This document shows, one piece after another, positions 19,976 through 27,547 of a stretch of 64,000 bases of DNA. Both the position numbers and the translations under genes were made by a program. The notes beneath the pieces are model-generated. The model worked only from the letters and a program-made list of their open reading frames with translations, ran no database searches and was not told the origin of the DNA. Origin of the DNA: Candidatus Eiseniibacteriota bacterium (GTDB taxonomy: Bacteria > Orphanbacterota > Orphanbacteria > Orphanbacterales > Orphanbacteraceae); the NCBI GenBank assembly GCA_016867715.1, contig VGIW01000006.1, forward strand, positions 233-64,232, given 5' to 3'. Each line of letters starts with the position of its first letter. Position 1 is the stretch's first letter.

Positions 19976-20280
19976 TTCTTCGTACGGCCGGGGAGGCCGA
20001 AGTCGATCGAGCGATCGCGCCCCTTCCCGGCCGCATTTCTTTGCGGGCCGCTCCTGGGCCGGCCGCCCCGATCCTCTTCGTTCGCCCCGCGCGCGTCGAT
20101 GCGCGCAAGCACGAGAAAGAGACGCCGCACCGCCTCCTCCAAGGATTCCGACGCGAGGCGCGAGGCGGCGTCTAGCTCCCGGGCCGCCTCGTCCCACCGC
20201 CCCAGAAGGCGCAGCGTCCGATAGCGCCGGAGCCGGCCCTCCAGAAGGGACCCCATCTCGTCGATCGGTTCCGAATCCAT
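19972..20280 (-). CDS. Hypothetical protein (102 aa)
   Basis: MDSEPIDEMGSLLEGRLRRYRTLRLLGRWDEAARELDAA... sits in the same frame as the rejected 406-aa ORF. It lies downstream of the kinase-like gene, and only the helical N-terminal half looks protein-like. Confidence 0.25.
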   Translation of the reverse strand: MDSEPIDEMGSLLEGRLRRYRTLRLLGRWDEAARELDAASRLASESLEEAVRRLFLVLARIDARGANEEDRGGRPRSGPQRNAAGKGRDRSIDFGLPGRTKN

Positions 20281-20414
20281 CCGTTCGCCTGCGGGGGGCT
20301 CGACAGGTTGAACGCAAGGAACGGGCCGGAAGACGTTCCCACAAGTCGGGCTCGAACATGTTGATTCAAAAGGCGATGCGAGGCAAGGGCCCGCGTGTGG
20401 AGCCGTCGAGGGGG

Positions 20415-21167
20415 TCAAACCCCCCGGTCGGGCCGGGGATCTCCTCGATCGGTCGGGGCGGCGGGGAACAGGATCCGCCATTCTCCAAGGCCGACCGCGA
20501 GGTCGGCACCTTGACGGGCGAGGAGAGCGCGGGCGAGCGCGGCAGCCGCCTGTCGGCGCGTCGGTTCGCAGGCCCGCCCTCCCTCCCCCCGCACGCCGAT
20601 GCGAACGAAGGCGCCCCCCTCCGCATCTCCGCAGGAGATCTCGACCCGGCTTCCCGGACGGGCGGCGCGGAGGCGCTCGCGAAGGACGTACCGGAGCGTG
20701 GCGCGGGTGCGGCATCTCCCCCCGTGCACGCGGAGGGGGCGATCGGGCAGGGAGAGATCGAGGCCCACCCGCTTCCGTTTCGCGCGTCCGGCGAGCTCCT
20801 CCACGGCATCCCAAAGAGCGTACCGGACGTCGAACTCCTCGGTCGGGTCGCTCCTTCCCGCTTCTTCCCTCTCCGCGCAATGGAGGAGGGCGACGAGGGC
20901 GGAGAGGAACCCCGCCGCTTCCGAGGCGGCGGCCAACTCCTCGCGCTGAGGGTCGTCGAGGGGACCGCGGTCGCCGGCCAGCAGGCTTCCGATCCGCTCC
21001 TCCAGCTCGCGGGCGGGGCCGGCGAGATCCTCCGCCAGACCGCGCGCGGTCCCGTCGTCCGGCGCCGGAGAGGGGACCGGCCGCGGGCGGGGATTCCCCC
21101 ACCGGCTCTTGGGGCGTCCTCCCCCGTCGATCAGCCGAAGATCGCGAAAGCCGGGTTGCTCGTTCAC
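20415..21167 (-). CDS. Soluble histidine-kinase-like protein with degenerate catalytic boxes
   Basis: The start codon directly abuts the stop of the FliA-type gene. Layout is H-box-like FLSALVALLHCAERE, N-box-like LRYVLRERLRAA, G1-like VRIGVRGEGG (no Asp) and G2-like GADLAVGLGEW. No TM or sensor domain is present. Confidence 0.55.
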   Translation of the reverse strand: MNEQPGFRDLRLIDGGGRPKSRWGNPRPRPVPSPAPDDGTARGLAEDLAGPARELEERIGSLLAGDRGPLDDPQREELAAASEAAGFLSALVALLHCAEREEAGRSDPTEEFDVRYALWDAVEELAGRAKRKRVGLDLSLPDRPLRVHGGRCRTRATLRYVLRERLRAARPGSRVEISCGDAEGGAFVRIGVRGEGGRACEPTRRQAAAALARALLARQGADLAVGLGEWRILFPAAPTDRGDPRPDRGV

Positions 21168-22024
21168 ACGATCCCCAACGCGGCCCGTGCAAGCTCCCGC
21201 TTCTTCTCCTCGCGTTCGTTCGGCAGGCTGGCGAGCGCGTGCGGCTCGTCCTCCGCCGCCTCGAGAACCTCGGTCTCGTGCCGGAGACGCGCCCGGAGAC
21301 GCATGACCGCCTTCGTGTGGATTTGGGAGACGCGGGACTCGGAGACGCCGAGGATCGCGCCGATCTCCTTCAGCGTCATCTCTTCGTAGTAGTAGAGAAT
21401 GAGCACGAGGCGCTCGCGGTCCGGGAGGTGATCGAGCGATTCATCGAGGACCTTGCGCATCTTCTGAACTTCGAGAACCGCGATCGGATCGACGCAGTTC
21501 GTGTCTTGGACGGTCTCGTGGATCTCGCTTGCCGACTCCTCGTCCCCCGTCGAGCAGTGCTCGTTCAGCGAGAGAAGGGTCGCCCCGCGCACGTCCTCGA
21601 GGAGTTGGAAGTACTCGCGGAGCTCGATCGACATCTCGCTCGCGAGCTCATCGTCGCGTGCCGGGCGCCCCTGGACGCTCTCGATGCGCGCATGGGCATC
21701 CTCGAGCTGCCGGGCCTTGCGGCGGACCGAGCGGGGAACCCAATCCATCGCGCGAAGCTCGTCGAGCATCGCCCCGCGGATCCGCGAGATCGCGAAGGTC
21801 GAGAACTTGTTGTCGAGGCTCGGGTCGTAGCGCTCGACCGCGGACATCAGCCCGAGGGTGCCGGAACCGATCAGATCGTCGATTTGGACGCTGGACGGCA
21901 ACCCGACGGCCAGCCTCCCCGCCACATACTTGACAAGGGGCATGTACTCGAGAACGAGCCGGTCTCGGACCCTCTTCGTCCGGCGCTTCTGATACTTCCT
22001 CCACACGACCTCGATCGAATCCAT
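21164..22024 (-). CDS. fliA: FliA/WhiG-type (sigma-28 family) sigma factor
   Basis: AGGAGG RBS 7 nt before the ATG at 22024. LVLEYMPLVKYVAGRL....P..V.IDDLIGSGTLGLMSAVERYDP...KFSTFAISRIRGAMLDELR..DWVPRSVR...LPDRERLVLILYYYEEMTLKEIGAILGVSESRVSQIHTKAV.RLR. An alternative upstream ATG at 22165 is less likely. Confidence 0.85.
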   Translation of the reverse strand: MDSIEVVWRKYQKRRTKRVRDRLVLEYMPLVKYVAGRLAVGLPSSVQIDDLIGSGTLGLMSAVERYDPSLDNKFSTFAISRIRGAMLDELRAMDWVPRSVRRKARQLEDAHARIESVQGRPARDDELASEMSIELREYFQLLEDVRGATLLSLNEHCSTGDEESASEIHETVQDTNCVDPIAVLEVQKMRKVLDESLDHLPDRERLVLILYYYEEMTLKEIGAILGVSESRVSQIHTKAVMRLRARLRHETEVLEAAEDEPHALASLPNEREEKKRELARAALGIV

Positions 22025-22208
22025 CCGGTTTCCTCCTGGCCTCGCCCCCGACGCATCCGGGCTCCCCGCCTCCGCGGAGCGGCGCTCGGCGGACGCGAAG
22101 GAACGCTCCTTCGCCCCGGGATCCGGCTCGCTCGTACGAGGGGGGTTCTTCGTCGTCTTGGGCATGTTCTCCACCTGCTCCCCGGCCACGCGGGGCGGGA
22201 CAGGCAAG

Positions 22209-22224
22209 AGCAACGGGCATGCCA
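22209..22224 (-). promoter_or_regulatory. Sigma-54 (-24/-12) promoter upstream of the FliA-type sigma gene
   Basis: The minus strand reads TGGCAT-GCCCG-TTGCT, an exact GG-N10-GC with TGGCA and TTGC elements. It lies ~175 nt upstream of ATG 22024, and a sigma-54 activator gene ends 240 nt further upstream. Confidence 0.6.
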
Positions 22225-22463
22225 CGGATCGGACGCGGCAGGATCCGCACGAATCCGTTGTGAAATCGGAAGTTAAGCGAATTCCTCGTGGGGCCTCCCG
22301 GAGAGGAGGTTGGGAAGGACCGGAGCAGTCGATCGGAAGGAACTGAACAATTCGTTGCAATCGCAGAAGATACAGGGACAGATCGGGTTGATCAGTTTTC
22401 GACCAGCGGAAAGAAAGGAGCCGTGGCCCTCGCGCGGTCGGGCGGCCGCGGTCCGGAATCCGG

Positions 22464-23849
22464 TCAGCTCGAGGCCCGACCCGCTTCGTACTGGCGCAGC
22501 TTCTCCCGCAAAGTCTGCCTCGAGATCCCCAGCGTGCGGGCGGCCTTCGTCTTGTTCCCCCGGGCCCACTCGATCGTCTTCAGGATCTGGACCCTTTCCG
22601 CCTCGGAGAGCGGGACGGGGACGAAGTCCTCAGGCTCCTCCATCTCGAACGACTCGACCATCCCCGCGGAGATTTCCAGCGGCAGATGCTCGAGGAGGAT
22701 GAGGTCCTCGCTCTCGAGAAGGATCGCGCGCTCGATCACGTTGCGAAGCTCGCGCACGTTTCCCGGCCAGTTGTACTCCTGAAGCCGCGCCCGGGCGGAC
22801 GGGGAAAGGCCGCGGATATTCTTTGAAAGATCTTTATTAAAGACATCTATAAAATAACTCGCAAGAACCGGAAGATCCTCCGGGCGCTCTCGGAGGGGCG
22901 GGACGTGGATCGGCACGACGTTCAGGCGGTAGTAGAGATCCTTGCGAAACCGCTTCTCCGCGACCGCCTTTCGAAGATCCTGGTTCGTCGCCGCGATGAT
23001 GCGGAGGTTCACCTCGATATCCTCGGTTCCTCCGACGCGCTTGAACCGCTTGGTCTCGATCACGCGAAGAAGAACCGCCTGCAGCTCGATCGGCATCTCT
23101 CCGATCTCGTCGAGGAAAAGCGTCCCCCCCGTCGCCGTTTCGATCAGCCCCTTCTTCAAGGTCTTCGCGTCGGTGAAGGCTCCCTTCTCGTGCCCGAAGA
23201 GCTCGCTCTCGAGAAGGCTGGCGGGGAGCGAACCGCAGTTGATCTCCATGAACGGGCCGCTCCGCCCCGGCGTTCCATGGTGAATCGCCTTGGCGATCAT
23301 CTCCTTCCCCGTCCCGCTCTCCCCTTCGATCAGCACGGTGGCGCGCGGGCTCGCGGCGACTCGCTCGACGATCCGGTAGACCTCCTGCATCTTCTTGCTT
23401 CGGCCGAGGATGAGCCGGTCGCTCTGGCGGTTCCCGACGACGATCGGCTCGATCCGCTGCACTTCCTGCCGGATCTCGGTGTCGGCGAGAAGGTTCATCG
23501 CCATCGCGGCAAGCCTCTGCGGGTTGATCGGCTTTTCGAGAGAATGACAACCGCCGAGGCGCGACGCCTCGGAGACGGCCTCGCGAAGGCGCGGGGGAAC
23601 GAGAAGAAGGATGAGGACATTCGGATCCGCCTCGCGGATCCGCCGGACGCAGTCCATGACGGGAAGATCGGCGAGCTCCGCGTCGAGGACGACCAGGGCG
23701 GTTGAGCGATCACGGGCGGCGGCGATTCCCTCGCTCCCTTCCTGCGCCTCCTCCACCGAGTAGCCGGCCTCGATCAGGGCCGCCCCCACCCCCCACCGAA
23801 GCCTCTTCTCGCCGCCGATCAGAAGGACACGGGACGATACGCCGCTCAC
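22464..23849 (-). CDS. Sigma-54-dependent response regulator (REC-AAA+-Fis HTH)
   Basis: The GTG start overlaps the PilZ stop (GTGA). REC (VLLIGGE...ALVVLDAELADLP), AAA+ (LIEGESGTGKEMIA, ESELFGHEKGAFTDA, GGTLFLDEIGEM, RIIAATNQDL), HTH (NKTKAARTLGISRQTLREKL). The 159 aa upstream in tracked ORF 24326 are rejected. Confidence 0.9.
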   Translation of the reverse strand: MSGVSSRVLLIGGEKRLRWGVGAALIEAGYSVEEAQEGSEGIAAARDRSTALVVLDAELADLPVMDCVRRIREADPNVLILLLVPPRLREAVSEASRLGGCHSLEKPINPQRLAAMAMNLLADTEIRQEVQRIEPIVVGNRQSDRLILGRSKKMQEVYRIVERVAASPRATVLIEGESGTGKEMIAKAIHHGTPGRSGPFMEINCGSLPASLLESELFGHEKGAFTDAKTLKKGLIETATGGTLFLDEIGEMPIELQAVLLRVIETKRFKRVGGTEDIEVNLRIIAATNQDLRKAVAEKRFRKDLYYRLNVVPIHVPPLRERPEDLPVLASYFIDVFNKDLSKNIRGLSPSARARLQEYNWPGNVRELRNVIERAILLESEDLILLEHLPLEISAGMVESFEMEEPEDFVPVPLSEAERVQILKTIEWARGNKTKAARTLGISRQTLREKLRQYEAGRASS

Positions 23850-24514
23850 TCGGCCTCCCCGGGGCCGAGGCCCCCGCGCTCCTCGGCCTCGGCTCCGCGA
23901 GGGCTGAGCAGCGTGCGAAGAAGACGGCGCTCGGTCGCCCCATCCAGGTTCTCGATCCGAAAATCCAGGGCGTATCGCGACCCGTCCTCCGGATCGCGAC
24001 GCACATGCCGGACCCGTCCCTCGAGGGACAGAGGCTTCCCGTCGCAGTCCTCGATCTCGATCCGGAGGCACGTTCCCGGGTCGATCGGCTCGGGAACCCG
24101 AAAGAGCGCCAGGAGGCTCTCCCCGTTCCCCTCTTCCGCGTCGGCCGGGTGGATCGGCGGCGCCACCTTGAGAACGTAATTCGCCCGGAGCTCCGCGCGC
24201 ACGCGCGCACGCGCCTCCCTCCGAAGCGGCTCGAGACTCGAGGGATGGCGGATCACGAGATACGGAGAGGAATCCTTGAAATGCTCGGCCAGCTTCGATG
24301 CGCCGAGGTGCGGCTCGCCTTTCCATGTCGTGCGAAGCGTCACGCCGGTTCCCTTGAGGAGATCGACGAAGCCCAGCGGATCGAAACCCGGGACGTGAAG
24401 GACCAGATGATGATCGTCCACCTGCGCGACCTGGGCCCGATACAGCCGATTGTCGATTCGCTCCCCGACCGCGATCTCGAGGATTTGGCCGGTATGGAAC
24501 GGTTCCCGTTTCAT
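23846..24514 (-). CDS. YcgR-like PilZN-PilZ protein with a degenerate second c-di-GMP motif
   Basis: AGGAGA RBS directly before the ATG. The N-terminal beta-barrel-like half (GQILEIAVGERIDNRLYRAQV..VDDHHLVLHVP) is followed by RREARARVR (RxxxR). Where D/NxSxxG is expected the sequence reads IDPGTCLRI. Confidence 0.65.
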   Translation of the reverse strand: MKREPFHTGQILEIAVGERIDNRLYRAQVAQVDDHHLVLHVPGFDPLGFVDLLKGTGVTLRTTWKGEPHLGASKLAEHFKDSSPYLVIRHPSSLEPLRREARARVRAELRANYVLKVAPPIHPADAEEGNGESLLALFRVPEPIDPGTCLRIEIEDCDGKPLSLEGRVRHVRRDPEDGSRYALDFRIENLDGATERRLLRTLLSPRGAEAEERGGLGPGEAE

Positions 24515-24554
24515 TCTCCTACCGACCTCGTTCGGGGGGACGCTGTCTATCGGC

Positions 24555-24583
24555 ATTCTAGTGCCGGGCCATCCGCGGGTCAA
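24555..24583 (-). promoter_or_regulatory. Sigma-70-type promoter for the PilZ - sigma-54 activator operon
   Basis: The minus strand reads TTGACC-17 nt-TAGAAT, ending ~40 nt upstream of ATG 24514. Confidence 0.55.
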
Positions 24584-24595
24584 CGGGAATTCCGC

Positions 24596-24775
24596 CTAAG
24601 GCACTCGGCGGGGTCCGTTCCCGAGAAGCGCGTCCAAGATCGATTCGACGATCTCGGCGCGGATCTCCGGTCGGTCGTAGTAACCTTTGTCGATTCTTCG
24701 TTGGATTCGACGGATTCGCCAGAGGGTCTCTCTCGCCTTCCGGCTGCGGCTCAGCCGGGCTTCCGCTTCCGCCAT
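24596..24775 (-). CDS. Small FlgM-like anti-sigma-28 candidate (59 aa)
   Basis: MAEAEARLSRSRKARETLWRIRRIQRRIDKGYYDRPEIRAEIVESILDALL. The segment I..RI..G.Y.......IA/V..I/L resembles the C-terminal sigma-28-binding helix pattern of FlgM (..V..IK.AI..G.Y.VD...IA..LL). Confidence 0.45.
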   Translation of the reverse strand: MAEAEARLSRSRKARETLWRIRRIQRRIDKGYYDRPEIRAEIVESILDALLGNGPRRVP

Positions 24776-24947
24776 GATGTTCCCCTCGCGAGCTCGCGGA
24801 TTCGAGCGGGCCGCTCCGCCGCGCGCCGTCTCGTCCGTCCGCACAGCGGACGAAGAACAGGCGGAAAGCGGCGACGGCCTCCACCACCCGGGGAGAGCTA
24901 CCCCACCTGAGGATCGTCGGCGAACGGAAATGCTTGAGGCCGGCCGA

Positions 24948-25406
24948 TCAGCCCTCCGCCCCCTCGCAGAGTCGCATCACCCTCCGGACGCGACTCCTCA
25001 GGAGACGGCTTTCCGGACGGCAGGAGAGCGCGCGGATGTAGGCGTCGGCGGCGGACCAGAGGTAGCCCTGGCGAAGAAGGCAGTCCCCCATGCGGACGTA
25101 TCCGCGCGGGCTCGTGGGGCGTAGGGCTTGGTAGCGCTCGCAGAAGCGGACGGCGTCTTCGTGACGGCCGAGGATCGCGAGCCATTCGGCTGCACGGAGA
25201 AGGAGCGCCGGCTGGGCAGGATCGACCGTCAGGCTCTCGAAGACGCACTCCAGCGCTTCCTCGAAACGTCCCTCCGCCGCGAGGCACTTCGAGAGGCTCC
25301 TGAGCAGGCGGGGCGCCGAGCGGTACTCGATGAGCGCCCGCCGGAATCGGTCGTGCCGGTCCGGCGCGCGCAGCGAGTCGTCTCTTTGGTTCGTCTCGGC
25401 CGACAT
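24948..25406 (-). CDS. TPR-repeat protein (152 aa)
   Basis: GAAGGAGGAG RBS 8 nt before the ATG at 25406. TPR-like helices (AAEGRFEEALECVFESL..DP, LGRHEDAVRFCERY, GDCLLRQGYLWSAADAYIRAL). The tracked start at 25451 sits inside the sigma-54 promoter element and is rejected. Confidence 0.6.
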   Translation of the reverse strand: MSAETNQRDDSLRAPDRHDRFRRALIEYRSAPRLLRSLSKCLAAEGRFEEALECVFESLTVDPAQPALLLRAAEWLAILGRHEDAVRFCERYQALRPTSPRGYVRMGDCLLRQGYLWSAADAYIRALSCRPESRLLRSRVRRVMRLCEGAEG

Positions 25407-25439
25407 CGCCCCGACTCCTCCTTCTTGCCTTTGGTGCTT

Positions 25440-25455
25440 TGCATGGGGCATGCCA
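25440..25455 (-). promoter_or_regulatory. Sigma-54 (-24/-12) promoter candidate for the TPR (and possibly FlgM-like) genes
   Basis: The minus strand reads TGGCAT-GCCCC-ATGCA with correct spacing. The -12 GC lies ~35 nt upstream of ATG 25406, so the RBS would be on the transcript. Confidence 0.5.
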
Positions 25456-25752
25456 CCGACGGGCGCTCTGCTTCCCGCGCGCCGGGCCGCGCGCGTTCGC
25501 CCGAACCGAACCGGGTTTCCGCGCCTTGCGGCGGAACGATCCGCGTGTCCCCCGCGCGCACCCCGCGGGAGCCCGTCCGATTCCTAGCCGGCGAAACGGA
25601 ATCGGCCGCTCCTCGTCTGGATGGTGCATGCGTTTTCGTCGCGACAAGATCCAAGCGCGCCACGGGTCCCGGCTCGAGGAAGCGGCGAAGGAAGGAAGGA
25701 CTCTTGAGGCCGAGATCCAAGGCCGCAGTAGGAAACGCGCGCATCATCGAGA

Positions 25753-26622
25753 CTAGGAAGCGAGGTAACTCTTCAGGGCGTCTCCGCGGGCCGACTGCCG
25801 CAACCGGCGGATCGCCTGATCCTTGATCTGTCGTACTCTCTCACGCGAGAGCTTCATCTTCTTACCGATTTCCTCGAGCGTCTGCTTCCGATCCGAATCG
25901 AAGCCGAAGTACGAGCGGAGAACCGCCTCCTCGCGCGGCCCCAGGGAACGGAGCGCGCGCCCCACCTCCCTCCGGAGTCCCGTCTCGATCAGCTCCGTGT
26001 CCGGCGCCGGGCTCAGCGTGTCCTCCAAGAAGTCGCGCAGGGAGGACTCTCCGTCCGGCCCGTTCTCGGGGGCGTCGAGTGAGCGCATGCGGGAGGCCGC
26101 GTTCAGCGTCTCGCGGATCTCCGCCTCCGAGAGGGCGACCGCCTCGGCGACCTCGCGGTCGGTCGGCTCGCGGCCGAACGCCTGGCGGAGCTTCTCCGTC
26201 TCGCGAAGGATCCGCTGGACCGTTCCGGCGCGTCCGAGGGGAATGCGGATCATCCGCGCCTGCTCCGCGAGCGCCTTCAGGATCGACTGCTTGATCCACC
26301 AGACGGCGTACGAGATGAACCGGTTCCCCCTCCGCTCGTCGAAACGGCGCACCGCCTCCAAGAGCCCCAGGTTCCCCTCGTCGATCAGATCGGAAAACGA
26401 AAGCCCCTGGTTCCGATACCTCTTCGCGACGGAGACGACGAAGCGGAGGTTCGCGCGCACGAGCGCCTCGCGCGCCTCGGGATCCCCCTCTCGGCTCCTC
26501 CGCGCCAGATCGACCTCCTCCTCCCGATCGAGGAGCGGGACCTTCGCGATCTCGCGGAGGTACAGATGGAGGGATCGACCCTCGTCCATCCCGCCGATCG
26601 AACCTCCGGACCTTTCGTCCAT
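25753..26622 (-). CDS. Sigma-70 family sigma factor (group 2/3-like, 289 aa)
   Basis: AAGGAG RBS 5 nt before the ATG at 26622. LHLYLREIAKVPLLDREEEV...ANLRFVVSVAKRYRNQGLSFSDLIDEGNLGLLEAVRRFD...RFISYAVWWIKQSI...IRIP...LGPREEAVLRSYFG...TLEEIGKKMKLSRERVRQIKDQAIRRLR. Confidence 0.85.
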   Translation of the reverse strand: MDERSGGSIGGMDEGRSLHLYLREIAKVPLLDREEEVDLARRSREGDPEAREALVRANLRFVVSVAKRYRNQGLSFSDLIDEGNLGLLEAVRRFDERRGNRFISYAVWWIKQSILKALAEQARMIRIPLGRAGTVQRILRETEKLRQAFGREPTDREVAEAVALSEAEIRETLNAASRMRSLDAPENGPDGESSLRDFLEDTLSPAPDTELIETGLRREVGRALRSLGPREEAVLRSYFGFDSDRKQTLEEIGKKMKLSRERVRQIKDQAIRRLRQSARGDALKSYLAS

Positions 26623-26981
26623 CTCGTTCTCCTTGAACCCGATCCCCTCGCCGCCTTCGTCGGGTTCTCCTCTACCTCTCAAGACTCGTACCAACATCGA
26701 TCGAAAGAGGGGAGATTGTATCCGCTTGTCGCTCTTTGAGTTGCGCGTTCACCTCCGGGGTTCCTCCTTTCCGGGAACCCTGGGGGCGCCCTTTTCATGC
26801 CATTTTGGCGGATTGGTTCCCTCAGAGACGCCGCGAGGCCGGAGCGGAAAGCGGGAGCGAGGCCCGGAAACGGTGACAGACACCGTGCGACGCAAGGGGG
26901 ATCGACGCCATGTCCGCGGGGCACCGCCTTGCCCCGGGCCCCGACCGAGAACACACCCGTCGAGTTTCTGTCGACTTGAGC

Positions 26982-27374
26982 TTACACGCGCGCGCCCTGG
27001 CCGGCGTGGTTCAGGTAGCGTTGAAGAAGAAGCTTGCTCGGCTCTTCCAGGAAGAGAAAGGAACAGCCGATCTGATACGAACCGCAGCCGGGGATCTCCG
27101 ACTCGGGATCCGTCCAGACCACGATCATTTCCGTATCAAGGATCTCCTCGACCGGTGCGCCCCCTTCGGCGGGGGGGATCGGGAGGACGAGGGTTCCTTT
27201 CAGCTTGGTCATCACGGGGACGAAATGCGGGACTCGGCAGTAGATTCCCCCGAGGCTGATGTTGAGCCCTTCGGCGGCGATCGCGTCGCGCCCGGGGACT
27301 CCTTCCGCGCCGAGCCGGAGCCCGAACCGCGAGTCGGTCCGCCGGTGTCTTCTCCGCTCCTCATGTTTCGGCAT
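26982..27374 (-). CDS. Single-domain PilZ c-di-GMP receptor (canonical motifs)
   Basis: MPKHEERRRHRRTDSRF (RxxxR) ... GLNISLGGIYCRV (NxSxxG), 130 aa, GGAGGA RBS. The upstream 81 aa of tracked ORF 27617 are rejected. Confidence 0.8.
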   Translation of the reverse strand: MPKHEERRRHRRTDSRFGLRLGAEGVPGRDAIAAEGLNISLGGIYCRVPHFVPVMTKLKGTLVLPIPPAEGGAPVEEILDTEMIVVWTDPESEIPGCGSYQIGCSFLFLEEPSKLLLQRYLNHAGQGARV

Positions 27375-27491
27375 CGTGTCCTCCTGCGCTCGATCGACGC
27401 CTGTATTCTGCCATCTCGGCTCGCGCGGGTCCACTCTTTCTTTCGGCCCGCGGGATGAAGACCGGCCACCTCTGTTTCTTACCAAGAGAAT

Positions 27492-27516
27492 GAGCCCGCC
27501 GGCGTGCGGCGGGCTC
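27492..27516 (-). terminator. Intrinsic terminator after the Cys-rich secreted-protein gene
   Basis: GAGCCCGCCG-5 nt-CGGCGGGCTC (10-bp perfect stem), followed on the minus strand by ATTCTCTTGG. Confidence 0.55.
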
Positions 27517-27547
27517 GAGTCGTTCGTGTCCGTGCTCCGGTCGATCG

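Noticed and set aside
19972-21389. A 406-aa minus-strand ORF (19972..21192) and a 343-aa plus-strand ORF (20358..21389) competing with the 250-aa kinase-like ORF.
   Set aside because: Their products are dominated by Arg/Pro/Gly runs. The 250-aa frame starts exactly at the sigma-gene stop and keeps an ordered set of kinase-like boxes. Only the last ~100 codons of the 406-aa frame were kept, as a low-confidence hypothetical.
24548-24554. A GCCGATA sequence (minus strand) resembling the sigma-28 -10 element GCCGATAA upstream of the PilZ-activator operon.
   Set aside because: No TAAA-like -35 lies 15 nt upstream. The sequence overlaps a much better sigma-70-type TTGACC-17-TAGAAT promoter.
26788-26802. 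TGGCAT-GAAAA-GGGC on the minus strand upstream of the second sigma-70-family gene, and TGGCAG-AATAC-AGGC (27399-27413, minus) upstream of the canonical PilZ gene, as further sigma-54 promoters.
   Set aside because: Only TGGCA and the bare GC of the -12 element match (no TTGC/TGC). By my rough estimate, a pattern this loose is expected about once by chance in the intergenic DNA of the window alone. They are kept only as a note.
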